Notes: generated from the sequence alone by a model not told the origin. Shown: positions 11,178 to 20,296, counted from the stretch's first letter. The stretch: 64,000 nucleotides of DNA from an uncultured Chthonomonadaceae bacterium (GCA_963817895.1 CAWFQB010000003.1:640001-704000); one strand, 5' to 3'. Numbers and translations are program-made.

Positions 11178-12257
11178 ATGCCGGCAACGATTTATTACGA
11201 TACAGACGCGGATATGAACGCGCTGCGGGGCAAAAAAGTGGCGGTTATTGGCTATGGCAGCCAGGGACACGCCCACGCCCTCAACATGAAAGAGTCGGGC
11301 GTGGATGTGATTGTGGGCCTGCGTCCGGGCAAGTCTTGGGACAAGGCCGAGGGCGACGGCCATACGGTCCTGTCCGTTGCGGATGCCGCCAAAGCCGCCG
11401 ACATCATCATGATTCTGGTCAATGACGAGTACCAGTCTGCCGTATACAAAGAGTCCATTGAGGCGAATCTGTCCCCCGGCAACGCCATCGCGTTCGGGCA
11501 TGGGTTCAACATCCACTTCGGGCAGGTTGTGCCGCCGGACAACATAGACGTGTTCATGGTCGCGCCCAAAGGCCCGGGGCATCTGGTTCGGCGCGTGTAT
11601 TCGGAGGGTAAGGGCGTCCCGTGCTTGATCGCCATTCACCAGAACCACACGGGCAACGCCAAAAACATCGCGCTTGCGTATGCCAAAGCGATTGGCGGGA
11701 CGCGGGCGGGGGTGCTGGAAACCACGTTTCAGGAAGAGACGGAAACGGATTTGTTCGGCGAACAGGCCGTGCTGTGCGGCGGCACAACGTCACTGGTGAA
11801 AGCGGCCTTTGAAACGCTCGTCAATGCGGGCTATCAGCCGGAAATCGCGTACTTCGAGTGTCTGCACGAGTTGAAACTGATTGTAGACCTGATGTACGAG
11901 GCGGGCATTGCCGGGATGCGCTACTCCATTTCGGATACGGCGCAGTTCGGGGACATGACGCGCGGCCCCAAAATCATTGACGATCACGTTCGCGCCACGA
12001 TGAAGGAGACCCTGCGCCAGATTCAGTCGGGCGAATTCGCCCGCGAATGGATACTGGAAAACCGCGCGGGGCGTCCTGTCTTCAACGCGCTCAACCGGCA
12101 GGATCAGAATCATCAGATCGAGCAGGTGGGCCGCCAGTTACGTTCCATGATGAGCTGGGTGCAAAGCAACGTCGCGCAGCAGGCGACGACAACAGTAAAG
12201 CAGGAGCAGCCAGAAGCGAGCGAACGCGCCCAGCGTCTGGAATTCCGCAACGACTGA
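11178..12257 (+). CDS. ilvC: Ketol-acid reductoisomerase
   Basis: [22 protein letters not shown] and [16 protein letters not shown] motifs. Confidence 0.98.
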   Translation: MPATIYYDTDADMNALRGKKVAVIGYGSQGHAHALNMKESGVDVIVGLRPGKSWDKAEGDGHTVLSVADAAKAADIIMILVNDEYQSAVYKESIEANLSPGNAIAFGHGFNIHFGQVVPPDNIDVFMVAPKGPGHLVRRVYSEGKGVPCLIAIHQNHTGNAKNIALAYAKAIGGTRAGVLETTFQEETETDLFGEQAVLCGGTTSLVKAAFETLVNAGYQPEIAYFECLHELKLIVDLMYEAGIAGMRYSISDTAQFGDMTRGPKIIDDHVRATMKETLRQIQSGEFAREWILENRAGRPVFNALNRQDQNHQIEQVGRQLRSMMSWVQSNVAQQATTTVKQEQPEASERAQRLEFRND

Positions 12258-12344
12258 GTGGCCTTTAGCCGCGAATGAACGCGAATAAACGCGAACATGG
12301 CTTATGAAAAACTGCTAGAATGCCTGCCGATAGGAACGCCTGTT

Positions 12345-12480
12345 TAGCGCGACGGAATTCATTCCGTCGCTGTATGGCGTTCCGCCGAGTGTCCTTCGGA
12401 CACGGAATTCTGATAATAGAGACATGTCCGAAGGACATTGGGCCGCAGGCCATATAGCGAAGGAATTCATTCCGTCGCGC
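12345..12480. repeat. Inverted pair of REP-like palindromes (BIME/REPIN-like)
   Basis: GCGACGGAAT-TC-ATTCCGTCGC at 12349-12370 and a near copy at 12457-12478, with GNA-triloop mini-hairpins between them. Confidence 0.7.
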
Positions 12481-12493
12481 CAAGATGCGGAAG

Positions 12494-13033
12494 ATGCAGA
12501 AAACAACTCTTGACAAAACTCTGCAAGAACTGGACGGTGAGGATTGGGGTGAACCGTCGTTTCCTTCGCATCTTGTTACGGAGTGCCATCGTTTGCGACG
12601 TGTGCCGTTACGTGAATTCACAGTGGAAAACCTGCGTATTGTGATCGGACAGCAGTTCTCGTTAGAGCATCTGGTTCCGCTTGCATTGAAACAACTTACG
12701 GCGAACCCATTTGTCAGCGGGGATTATTATGACGGTGATTTGCTGTTAAACGTAGCGAAAATCCCGCAGAGTTTTTGGCTTGAACACCCGCAGTTACGAG
12801 CGCAATGGCAGCCGCTTATACCCTATGCAGCAGCGGTTGAACGTTACTTGAAAGATAGTTCTTCCTGTTTTCCGACAATGATGTTTGAAGTTTCGCAAGG
12901 AGCAAAAGTAGCATGTCAACCCGCGTATTTATATTTGATACCACGCTGCGAGACGGCGAACAATCGCCGGGCGCGTCGCTCAATGTTGAGGAGAAGGTTG
13001 AAATTGCGCGGCAGTTGGAGCGACTCGGCGTAG
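12494..13033 (+). CDS. CdiI-like contact-dependent inhibition immunity protein (orphan); true 3' end probably before 12913
   Basis: [36 protein letters not shown] and GDYYDGDLL are typical of this immunity family; the 120-nt overlap with leuA suggests an indel. Confidence 0.7.
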   Translation: MQKTTLDKTLQELDGEDWGEPSFPSHLVTECHRLRRVPLREFTVENLRIVIGQQFSLEHLVPLALKQLTANPFVSGDYYDGDLLLNVAKIPQSFWLEHPQLRAQWQPLIPYAAAVERYLKDSSSCFPTMMFEVSQGAKVACQPAYLYLIPRCETANNRRARRSMLRRRLKLRGSWSDSA

Positions 13034-14463
13034 ATGTGATTGAAGCCGGTTTTCCTATCTCATCGCCGGGTGATTTTCAGGCGGTGCAGGCGATCAGTCG
13101 CGTGATTAAGAAGTGTACGGTCTGCGGCCTGACGCGGGCGGTGAAGAAAGATATTGACGCGGCGGGCGAGGCGCTCAAAGACGCGGTTCGGCCCCGAATT
13201 CATACCGGGCTTGGCGTGTCGGACAGCCATTTGCAGCACAAGCTCAAATTGACGCGCGAACAGGCGATGGAGCGGGGCGTCGAGGCCGTGAAACACGCCC
13301 GAACGTATGTCGAAGATGTTGAATATTTTCTGGAAGATTCGGGGCGGGCGGATAAAGACTATCTGTGCCGCGTTGTAGAGGCCGTCATTAATGCGGGCGC
13401 GACAGTTATCAACGTGCCGGATACGACCGGTTACACCATCCCCGAAGAATACGGCGCGTTGATCGCCTTCATTATGAACCGCGTTCCCAATATTGACCGA
13501 GCCATTGTGAGCGCGCACTGCCACAACGATTTAGGTATGGCGACCGCGAACAGTCTGGCGGGCGTGATGAACGGGGCGCGGCAGATCGAATGTACCATCA
13601 ACGGCATCGGGGAACGCGCGGGCAACACCAGTCTCGAAGAGGTTGTCATGGCGATGAAGGTGCGGCAGGACGCGCTGCATTGCGAAACCGCCATCAACAC
13701 GCGGGAACTGTACAAGACAAGCCGCATGGTCAGCACGTCTACGGGTATTCTCGTCCAGCCGAACAAAGCGATTGTGGGCGCGAATGCGTTTGCCCATTCC
13801 AGCGGTATTCATCAGGACGGCGTACTCAAAGAGCGCACGACGTATGAGATTATTGACCCCGCCGATGTGGGAATTATGGAGAGCAAAATCGTCCTGACGG
13901 CGCGGAGCGGGCGGGCCGCGCTGAAGCACCGGTTGGGCGAACTGGGATACACGTACACCGAGGAGCAGATTGACAAAGTGTACGTTCGGTTCCTGGACGT
14001 GGCCGACCGCAAAAAGCAGATTTATGACGGGGATTTGGAGAAGATCGCGGGAGATGAAACCAGCGCGGTGTTCCAGACTTACGAACTGATACACGTTCAG
14101 GTATCGTGCGGCGATAAAATGATACCGACCGCAACCGTGAATATTCGCGACGCGCAGGGGCGCGACCTGATCGATTCGTGTCATGGAACCGGGCCGGTGG
14201 ATGCCGTGTACCGCGCCATCAACCGCATTGCCAATGTGGAAAACGACCTGATCGAATTCAGTATTCAGGCCGTGACCGAGGGCATTGACGCGCTTGCCGA
14301 TGTGACAATCCGCATCCGGCGGGGCAACGACATTTACACGGGACGGGGGGCGCATACGGATATTGTTGTCGCCAGTGGCCGCGCCTACGTCCACGCCCTG
14401 AACAAACTGATTGCCCGCGCCACCCCCGTCACCAGCGAGAGTAACACGCTGGAACACGTCTAG
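12913..14463 (+). CDS. leuA: 2-isopropylmalate synthase
   Basis: [25 protein letters not shown] and C-terminal GTGPVDA regulatory domain. Confidence 0.97.
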   Translation: MSTRVFIFDTTLRDGEQSPGASLNVEEKVEIARQLERLGVDVIEAGFPISSPGDFQAVQAISRVIKKCTVCGLTRAVKKDIDAAGEALKDAVRPRIHTGLGVSDSHLQHKLKLTREQAMERGVEAVKHARTYVEDVEYFLEDSGRADKDYLCRVVEAVINAGATVINVPDTTGYTIPEEYGALIAFIMNRVPNIDRAIVSAHCHNDLGMATANSLAGVMNGARQIECTINGIGERAGNTSLEEVVMAMKVRQDALHCETAINTRELYKTSRMVSTSTGILVQPNKAIVGANAFAHSSGIHQDGVLKERTTYEIIDPADVGIMESKIVLTARSGRAALKHRLGELGYTYTEEQIDKVYVRFLDVADRKKQIYDGDLEKIAGDETSAVFQTYELIHVQVSCGDKMIPTATVNIRDAQGRDLIDSCHGTGPVDAVYRAINRIANVENDLIEFSIQAVTEGIDALADVTIRIRRGNDIYTGRGAHTDIVVASGRAYVHALNKLIARATPVTSESNTLEHV

Positions 14464-14469
14464 CCGCAA

Positions 14470-14528
14470 CCACAGGAAGAACCCCGCAGGAATACAACAT
14501 GCTGTGTCCACGGGGTTCTTCCTGTGGT
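14470..14528. terminator. Long hairpin between convergent leuA and manA
   Basis: ACCACAGGAAGAACCCCG ... CGGGGTTCTTCCTGTGGT. Confidence 0.7.
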
Positions 14529-14538
14529 ATTCGCTTTA

Positions 14539-14620
14539 GAGCCTACCCCCGATAGGCGTGAATTTGCGTCCGCAGGACGTTTGCGCTTTCTTGACGGGTA
14601 TTTTCAATACCCGGCCTGTT
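14539..14620. mobile_element. MITE/REPIN-like element, copy 2 (right end truncated)
   Basis: Homologous to 4981..5081; flanked by the 12-bp direct repeat GTATTCGCTTTA (14527-14538 and 14621-14632). Confidence 0.6.
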
Positions 14621-14629
14621 GTATTCGCT

Positions 14630-15630
14630 TTAATCCGCCATCCACCCCGTAATCACTTCCAGTCCGGGGGAACCGCTGTGGCGACCCGGCTGCAACGCAT
14701 ACTCCATTCCGGCAGGCAGGCAAAGCGTTGTGCCTGGCTGCAAACGCGCATCGGGAAATTCTCCCCGCGCGGAAGCGAGTTGCCCGTAACCGGAAACAAC
14801 GGACAGCAGCATAAAACTTTCGGGGGAGGTGGCGACCTGGGCCGAATCGTGGACGCGCCAGAACTCGGAATGGAAATACGCGCAGGATACAAGAGGGGCC
14901 GTTTCTATCGCGCCATGTATATGAAAAGCAGGCTGTGTGACGCTCATGTTGGCGCAGTTCGAAATCAATGGACAACGCGCCTTTCTCATGGTGGATTTCC
15001 CGGTCGGCGCGTTCCCAATCGTACAGCCGATACGTAATGTCGCTGTCCTGCTGAAGTTCGTAAGCCACAATGCCCGCCGTGAGCGCGTGAACCGTGCCTG
15101 CCGGCATAAAAACCACATCGCCTGCCCGAACCGGAACGCGGTTCAGGTAGCGCAGCAAATCGTTGTTGGCAAGCGCAACCCGCAGCTCTTCCCGCGAAAT
15201 ATCCGGCGCGTTCAGGCCGTAGTAGATATGCGCGTCGGGTACGGCGTCCAGAATGTACCAGAACTCAGTTTTGCCGAACGAATAGTTTTCCAGTTGCTGC
15301 GCCAGCGCGTCGTCAGGGTGTACCTGAATAGACAGGTTTTCCCGCGCATCCAGAAACTTCGCCAGCAGTGGAAATTGCGTGTAGGACGACGGCGCGAGTT
15401 CCAACGATACCCGCTCTCGCGTCCGTATTCTCCGCCTGCGCAAACCACTGTCCGAGCGTTTGCCCCTGCCATTCGCCGTTGACGATAATGCTGCCGGAAA
15501 AAGCCTCCCAACTCTCTCCCAGTTTAGCCCCTTCCGCCCCGCTGCGCCCCAGTTTGTCGGCAAGCCATCGCCCGCCCCACACCCGTTCCCGCGCGTCCGG
15601 TTTTAATTGTAAAGGATATTTTGCCGTCAC
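14630..15630 (-). CDS. manA: Type I mannose-6-phosphate isomerase (frameshifted)
   Basis: RVWGG, FPLLAKFLDARENLSIQVHPDD, KTEFWYIL, AGTVHA and ELQQDSDITYRLYDW motifs. Confidence 0.9.
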
Positions 15631-15696
15631 GTCTGCTTCTCTCCATACTATCTAAAACATTTTAGCCAGTCTTTTCAAGTTATTGTGACACAAAAC

Positions 15697-15724
15697 AGCC
15701 GCCTCTTTAGAGCAGAGGCGGCTG
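15697..15724 (-). terminator. Terminator after rpsR
   Basis: CAGCCGCCTCT ... AGAGGCGGCTG with a T-run on the minus strand. Confidence 0.7.
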
Positions 15725-15782
15725 CATGATTGGTAAACAAGGCTCGTTAAGTACGCGCCAGTCTGCATTTTAGCCGTTCGTC

Positions 15783-16055
15783 TTAATCAATAACGAACGG
15801 AACCAGCGCAACGTGTCGCGCCTGCTTGATCGCTTCCGTTACCATGCGCTGATGTTTGGCGCAGGTTCCTGTGGTGCGGCGGGGAACGATTTTGCCCCGG
15901 TCAGACAGCAGGCGGTTACGAAATTTGGGCATCGGCATCTGCTTGTAATCAATGGACTCGATCTTGTCCACGCAGAACATACAGACTTTGCGCCGGGGCT
16001 TTCGGAACTTATTGGGTTTCCCGCCGGTCGGGCGAGGACGCATCCCAGGAGCCAT
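15783..16055 (-). CDS. rpsR: 30S ribosomal protein S18 (Zn-binding C+ type)
   Basis: CMFC, IDYK and GKIVPRRTTGTCAKHQR motifs. Confidence 0.97.
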   Translation of the reverse strand: MAPGMRPRPTGGKPNKFRKPRRKVCMFCVDKIESIDYKQMPMPKFRNRLLSDRGKIVPRRTTGTCAKHQRMVTEAIKQARHVALVPFVID

Positions 16056-16098
16056 GGGAACTTCCCTTTCCGCAATCGCGAAACGGGGTAATCGGCAG

Positions 16099-16182
16099 GG
16101 TAGATACGAGATATGAGATCAAGATAGGAGTAAGAGTTTGGTATTGCAGCCTCCTCCTCGATCTCTGTATCTCGTATCTACC
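16099..16182. repeat. Inverted tandem heptamer hairpin (GAGATAC-like)
   Basis: GGTAGATACGAGATATGAGATC ... GATCTCTGTATCTCGTATCTACC. Confidence 0.75.
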
Positions 16183-16184
16183 TC

Positions 16185-16697
16185 CTACTCATCCGCAAAA
16201 GGGTCGGATTCGTCGAGATCGTCGTCTACGGGCGGCGGCGCGGGCTTGCGTCCGCCACCGGAAGCGGCAGCGGCAGCGGGGGCCGCCGTCGGACGCGCTG
16301 CGGGTGCTGCGGTCGGGCGCGGGGCTTCCATCGCCGGTTCGCTGCCACCCTCTGCGCGCGAGGAAGCTTCGCCGTCACCCTTGCGGTCCAAGCCGTTGAT
16401 GTTATCCGCCACCACTTCGTAAGATTTGCGCTTCGTGCCGTCCTGCGCAACCCAGGAACGGGTTTGCAGACGGCCTTCAACCGAAATCAAGCGGCCTTTG
16501 TTCAGGTACTGGCTGGCAAATTCCGCCGTGCGCCGCCAGGCAACGATGTCGAAGAAGTCCGTTTCCTTCTGACCGTTCTCGTCTTTGGTAAAACGATCTA
16601 CGGCGATGGACATCTGCGCGACAGGGATGCCCTGCGGGGTGTACTTCATTTCGGGGTCACGGGTCAGGCGACCGATCAAGACGATACGATTTAACAT
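16185..16697 (-). CDS. ssb: Single-stranded DNA-binding protein
   Basis: MLNRIVLIGRLTRDPE, VEGRLQTRSW and acidic tail DPFADE. Confidence 0.97.
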   Translation of the reverse strand: MLNRIVLIGRLTRDPEMKYTPQGIPVAQMSIAVDRFTKDENGQKETDFFDIVAWRRTAEFASQYLNKGRLISVEGRLQTRSWVAQDGTKRKSYEVVADNINGLDRKGDGEASSRAEGGSEPAMEAPRPTAAPAARPTAAPAAAAASGGGRKPAPPPVDDDLDESDPFADE

Positions 16698-16961
16698 TTC
16701 CGACTCTCCTTTGCCCTGATGTTTGCGCCGATTATGCGCTTCGAAGCTAGTTTGTGGCTAACGCCGAAGCGTGTTCCGCAGCAACATTGCGCTGTGGCTC
16801 ACAAGCGAAAACAACGGTTCTCATGATGATGTGTATAGAATTAGCGACGCCGATTACGCCGCTCGATGATTGCTAATGGTAAACTACGGCGAAGCGCATA
16901 AAGCCGGAAAGACATGCGGGTCGCCTTAGAAAATAATCAGAAATAGTGGTCAGAGTGGAAA

Positions 16962-17276
16962 CTACTCTTCGCTGTGGTCTTGCCGCACGATGATGTGACG
17001 AATCACTTCATCGCTGATGCGGAAAATACGGTCGAGTTCCTGTGGCACGTCGGAACCGGCAGTAAAGTGCATAATCAGATACATGCCGTCTTTTTTCTTC
17101 TTGTTGTCGTGCTTGATCTCGTAAGCCAGCGGACGGCGGCCTTTTTCCCACTTGCCCGCGTCGTTGACCTCGCCCCCGCCGTCAGTTATGACCTTCCTGT
17201 ACTTCTCAAGAGTCGCGGTCAGATTTTCGTCAGACGTGTCGGCGTCTACGATGTACATCGCCTCGTAATGGCGCAT
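16962..17276 (-). CDS. rpsF: 30S ribosomal protein S6
   Basis: MRHYEAMYIV, LAYEI and VIRHIIVR; rpsF-ssb-rpsR synteny. Confidence 0.96.
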   Translation of the reverse strand: MRHYEAMYIVDADTSDENLTATLEKYRKVITDGGGEVNDAGKWEKGRRPLAYEIKHDNKKKKDGMYLIMHFTAGSDVPQELDRIFRISDEVIRHIIVRQDHSEE

Positions 17277-17277
17277 T

Positions 17278-17482
17278 GCGTTTCACCTCCCCTCGGTCGG
17301 AATGGCTTTCAGAAGTGGTCAGTGGTCAGTGGTCAGTGGTCAGAAAAAGCCTCTGGTTACTAATTGTGGATGGTATCCACATCAATGTTCAGCAAAGCCA
17401 TTCCTGACCACTGACCACTGACTACTGACCACTATGAAGTGGCCTCGGCCCCGGTCTGTCCCGGAGCGGGAAGGACACGGCA
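17278..17482 (-). promoter_or_regulatory. Probable S6:S18 autoregulatory leader, interrupted by a repeat hairpin
   Basis: The minus strand reads CCTTCCCGCTCC...GGCCG...GACCG-AGGGGAGGTGA before the rpsF ATG, matching the CCC-motif/SD layout of rpsF leaders. Confidence 0.55.
17314..17433. repeat. Inverted tandem heptamer hairpin (AGTGGTC/GACCACT)
   Basis: (AGTGGTC)x4, spacer, (GACCACT)x4 with one variant. Confidence 0.9.
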
Positions 17483-17936
17483 GAAAACAGGTCGCGTAAA
17501 GCGTGTTTTTGCCCGAAGATGAACCCACTCACCCTCGAAAAGTGTCAATTTTACAGCGTAGTATACCTTAAACGCGCGGAAACACAAGAGAAGTTCAGGC
17601 GTGTCCTTAGCCGTGCCGTACTGTTTGTGCTGGCCTATCTAGGCTTGCGCCACCCAGAATGTCGAAATCTCCATGTAGATGATTACAATAGTGAAGGAAA
17701 AATGCGTAACAGTTTTTGAGGACGGATTCGAGGTCAGGAGGGAGGTAAGCCACAGCGCGGATTTGCGCGGTGTCCATAAGCTGCTTTTAATCTGCCTGCA
17801 CCGTTCCCAAGACGGCTGAAGAACACGTCGCTATGCCTGGAGAAGTGTGCAAGTTTTGTTCGCTTGAAGGAGAGTGCCAGCCAGTGCGGATGGTGGATTT
17901 GGACGCGGATCAGTTGGAACTTTGCTGCGCAAGCTG

Positions 17937-18452
17937 TCAGAAGTCTTCGGGGGCCTGTACAAAACTTTCTGGGCTTAGTGCCACACGCATAGTCTCGACG
18001 CTTAGTACCAAGAGCATACTGTCAGGAGCTGCCTCTCTGAAGTCCAGATCGCTGTTGAGATACCAATCCTTAGCTTTTTGGTTGAGAGCGGTCAGGAAGA
18101 GGCAATTAATCATTTTTGGTGTGGCAACTCTTAAAATCTGTCTAACAATACGCCAGAGCAGCCTTGTACCAATGTTGCGTCCCTGCTGACGCTTATCAAC
18201 TCCCAACATGTTCAACCTGACAAAGCCTACAGGCTCTACATAATCCTCATCATACGTGATACCTGTTACTGGGTCGGGGTCAATCGTGTAGAATGCAAGT
18301 ATTTGGTCTAAATCCGCTTCAGGAACTACTACCCAGGTAGTCCCATATGTCTCATCAAGTGGTTCGGAAGAACGCAAAAAGTCGTCCACCTCTGGTTCCC
18401 CACAGGTGAACGACAATCTATCGTGATGTGCAGCAATTTGTTTTACGTACAC
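17937..18452 (-). CDS. GNAT-family acetyltransferase toxin (AtaT/TacT-like)
   Basis: HDRLSFTCGEPEVDDFL, LGVDKRQQGRNIGTRLL and AKDWY motifs; GTG start a few nt after the upstream small gene's stop. Confidence 0.8.
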   Translation of the reverse strand: MYVKQIAAHHDRLSFTCGEPEVDDFLRSSEPLDETYGTTWVVVPEADLDQILAFYTIDPDPVTGITYDEDYVEPVGFVRLNMLGVDKRQQGRNIGTRLLWRIVRQILRVATPKMINCLFLTALNQKAKDWYLNSDLDFREAAPDSMLLVLSVETMRVALSPESFVQAPEDF

Positions 18453-18456
18453 AAGC

Positions 18457-18660
18457 TTACCAATTACAATCAGGGTTGTTAGTGACGTGGCACATGTAAT
18501 CCTTTGCACTCGCCTTCATTCTGTCAGAAGGGGGCGGCGGATTTTTCAAAATGTTCATGATGCCGTCAAATTCAGCCTTCGTAACCTTCATCGTACGTCC
18601 GCGGCCCTGAGTTGACGTCCTCAGATCGTTGGAAGAGGTGTTTTTTACCATTGTTGCCAT
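18457..18660 (-). CDS. Probable cognate antitoxin (DUF1778/TacA-like C-terminal part)
   Basis: SD AGGAGG; EFDGIMNILKNPPPPSDRMK resembles the DUF1778 toxin-binding tail; directly upstream of the GNAT gene. Confidence 0.6.
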   Translation of the reverse strand: MATMVKNTSSNDLRTSTQGRGRTMKVTKAEFDGIMNILKNPPPPSDRMKASAKDYMCHVTNNPDCNW

Positions 18661-18802
18661 AATATTCAACCTCCTGTGTCCACATGCCTGCCTGAGGAGG
18701 GACACATACTCTGACGAGCGATCCAAGACATTAGTTTCACAATTTGTGTCCCGTACCTGCCCTGCAACTGATTATCGGCAGGAGTAGGCAGAAAGTTCTC
18801 AA

Positions 18803-18831
18803 AGTATAGCACACATTTTGGGCTGCGACAA
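18803..18831 (-). promoter_or_regulatory. Promoter of the TA pair
   Basis: TTGTCG-N17-TATACT with extended TG on the minus strand. Confidence 0.55.
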
Positions 18832-18936
18832 GCCCGCAAATGGGTCTCTTTTGCGAATTCAACATCGAAATGGGCCTTGTGTTCTGCTTCGCAGAACACA
18901 AGCGCGCGATCGCACATGCGCTCACACCAAACGCAC

Positions 18937-19044
18937 GCCGATGTTCATGTAACTCAGCGGAGCTGAGTTACATGAACATCGGCATACTCAACAACTATTC
19001 GCTTCCCTGGGACTAACTAGTTAGTCCCAGGGAAGCGAATAGTT
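18937..19044. repeat. Two adjacent perfect inverted repeats (22-bp stem with GGA loop; 52-bp loopless palindrome)
   Basis: 18937-18983 GCCGATGTTCATGTAACTCAGC-GGA-GCTGAGTTACATGAACATCGGC; 18993-19044 is centred on TAACTAGTTA. Confidence 0.95.
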
Positions 19045-19141
19045 ACAATTTCTGAGACCTAGCCGTATCTGCTCACCGAATTTTTGTTAAAAACGGGGAG
19101 TAGGGTTGGAAACTATGATTATCGCGCGAAACTTATTTTTA

Positions 19142-19170
19142 ATTATAGCATCGTTTCGCTTTTGTGTCAA
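19142..19170 (-). promoter_or_regulatory. Perfect consensus sigma70 promoter
   Basis: TTGACA-N17-TATAAT with TG extended -10 on the minus strand. Confidence 0.75.
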
Positions 19171-19259
19171 GTTCAATGTTTTCAGACGAATTTTCTCATC
19201 AATGGGCTCGCGCCGCGTCTACTTTTGGAGTTTGTGGATCGCCGACTTGCTTGGGGCAA

Positions 19260-19305
19260 AGTAAAAGGGAGGCGCAGGGGAATTCCCCTGCGCCTCCCTT
19301 TTACT
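19260..19305. terminator. Bidirectional terminator / perfect 46-bp palindrome
   Basis: AGTAAAAGGGAGGCGCAGGGGAA|TTCCCCTGCGCCTCCCTTTTACT. Confidence 0.8.
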
Positions 19306-19321
19306 CAGGTACTGAAAATCT

Positions 19322-19626
19322 TTAGCCATGGGCTACGAAGGCCTTGCGAGCACCCTGCTGGTTCTCAAGGCTATAGACACCTTCTTGTTCACCCCTTACG
19401 CCCCCAACAACTTCTACGCCTCCCTCAACCTCCAATACGCCTCCGAAAACTTCTACTGCGTCCCCGACAATAACAGGCGCTTCGATAACCTCGATGTCCT
19501 CTATATGTCCGACCTGACGGCGATAAAGTCCAGTAACATCCTGTTATAGCCGCTTAGCCCTGCCGCGGATGAGCTTTGATCCTCTCCGTCTGCCAATCGG
19601 CGAAGTTGTTCAAGATTTATCATCAT
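19322..19626 (-). CDS. Small acidic hypothetical protein downstream of the GNAT gene (one apparent indel)
   Basis: ATG a few nt after the GNAT stop with a G-rich SD; MMINLEQLRRLADGEDQSSSAAG joins a Val/Glu/Gly-rich frame ending before the terminator; the span is one base short of a whole number of codons. Confidence 0.45.
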
Positions 19627-19630
19627 GCTG

Positions 19631-20296
19631 CTATCCCCCCCTTAAAAAGGCTTGGGCCTGCTCCTGCGTAAACTCGAAGTAGCGCAAATTCTCATGTGCG
19701 GGGTCTTTCCCGAATTCAGTGAATTTACATATCCTACGGTAGAAATCTTCAGCTTGAGGTAGAGAGTGTAATCCTATTCTACCACAAAACCCGCGTTCTA
19801 TACTGTACGTAATGATGGTGCCGATCATTGCGGGGCCAATGGCTCGATACAAGGGTTTGAGCCCTAAATAGGCGAGTTCCCTCCTCAGGTTCCACGGCGC
19901 CGAGGAGATATAATCGATATAGACGAGCGGCTCGTCTTCTTGTTCGGGAATACGGCATTGCTCATCAAAAGTTATACAGACCATGCCTTGGATGTTATTT
20001 TGGCATTCCAGGGCTAAAAAAATATACTCGTCGCTATAATCTTGCATATGCGTCATCTTACCTAGCCATCGCCAATGGCTATTCTGTGGCGCTCTATTCT
20101 CCCCTGGGTACAAGTTGTTAATTTGGATTTCCAACCAACGGTAATTGGGCTGCCAGACATCATCGACTGCCTTCGCCACGGATTCGTCCACGCCCAGCTT
20201 AACTACGGCATCGACAGGCTCGTTTGTAATACCATCGAGGATGGTAACGGGATAGAGTGTAAGCGCCATTGCAGAGGGCGCAGTGTCTTCTTGCAA
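19631..20296 (-). CDS. GNAT-family N-acetyltransferase (HWxW / APWN / GRIGLHSL subfamily)
   Basis: HWRW, VYIDYISSAPWN and GRIGLHSLPQAEDFY motifs. Confidence 0.7.
   Translation of the reverse strand: MQEDTAPSAMALTLYPVTILDGITNEPVDAVVKLGVDESVAKAVDDVWQPNYRWLEIQINNLYPGENRAPQNSHWRWLGKMTHMQDYSDEYIFLALECQNNIQGMVCITFDEQCRIPEQEDEPLVYIDYISSAPWNLRRELAYLGLKPLYRAIGPAMIGTIITYSIERGFCGRIGLHSLPQAEDFYRRICKFTEFGKDPAHENLRYFEFTQEQAQAFLRGG

Noticed and set aside
7371..12480. Hairpins as integron attC sites
   Set aside because: No consistent RYYYAAC/GTTRRRY cores and no integron integrase in the window.
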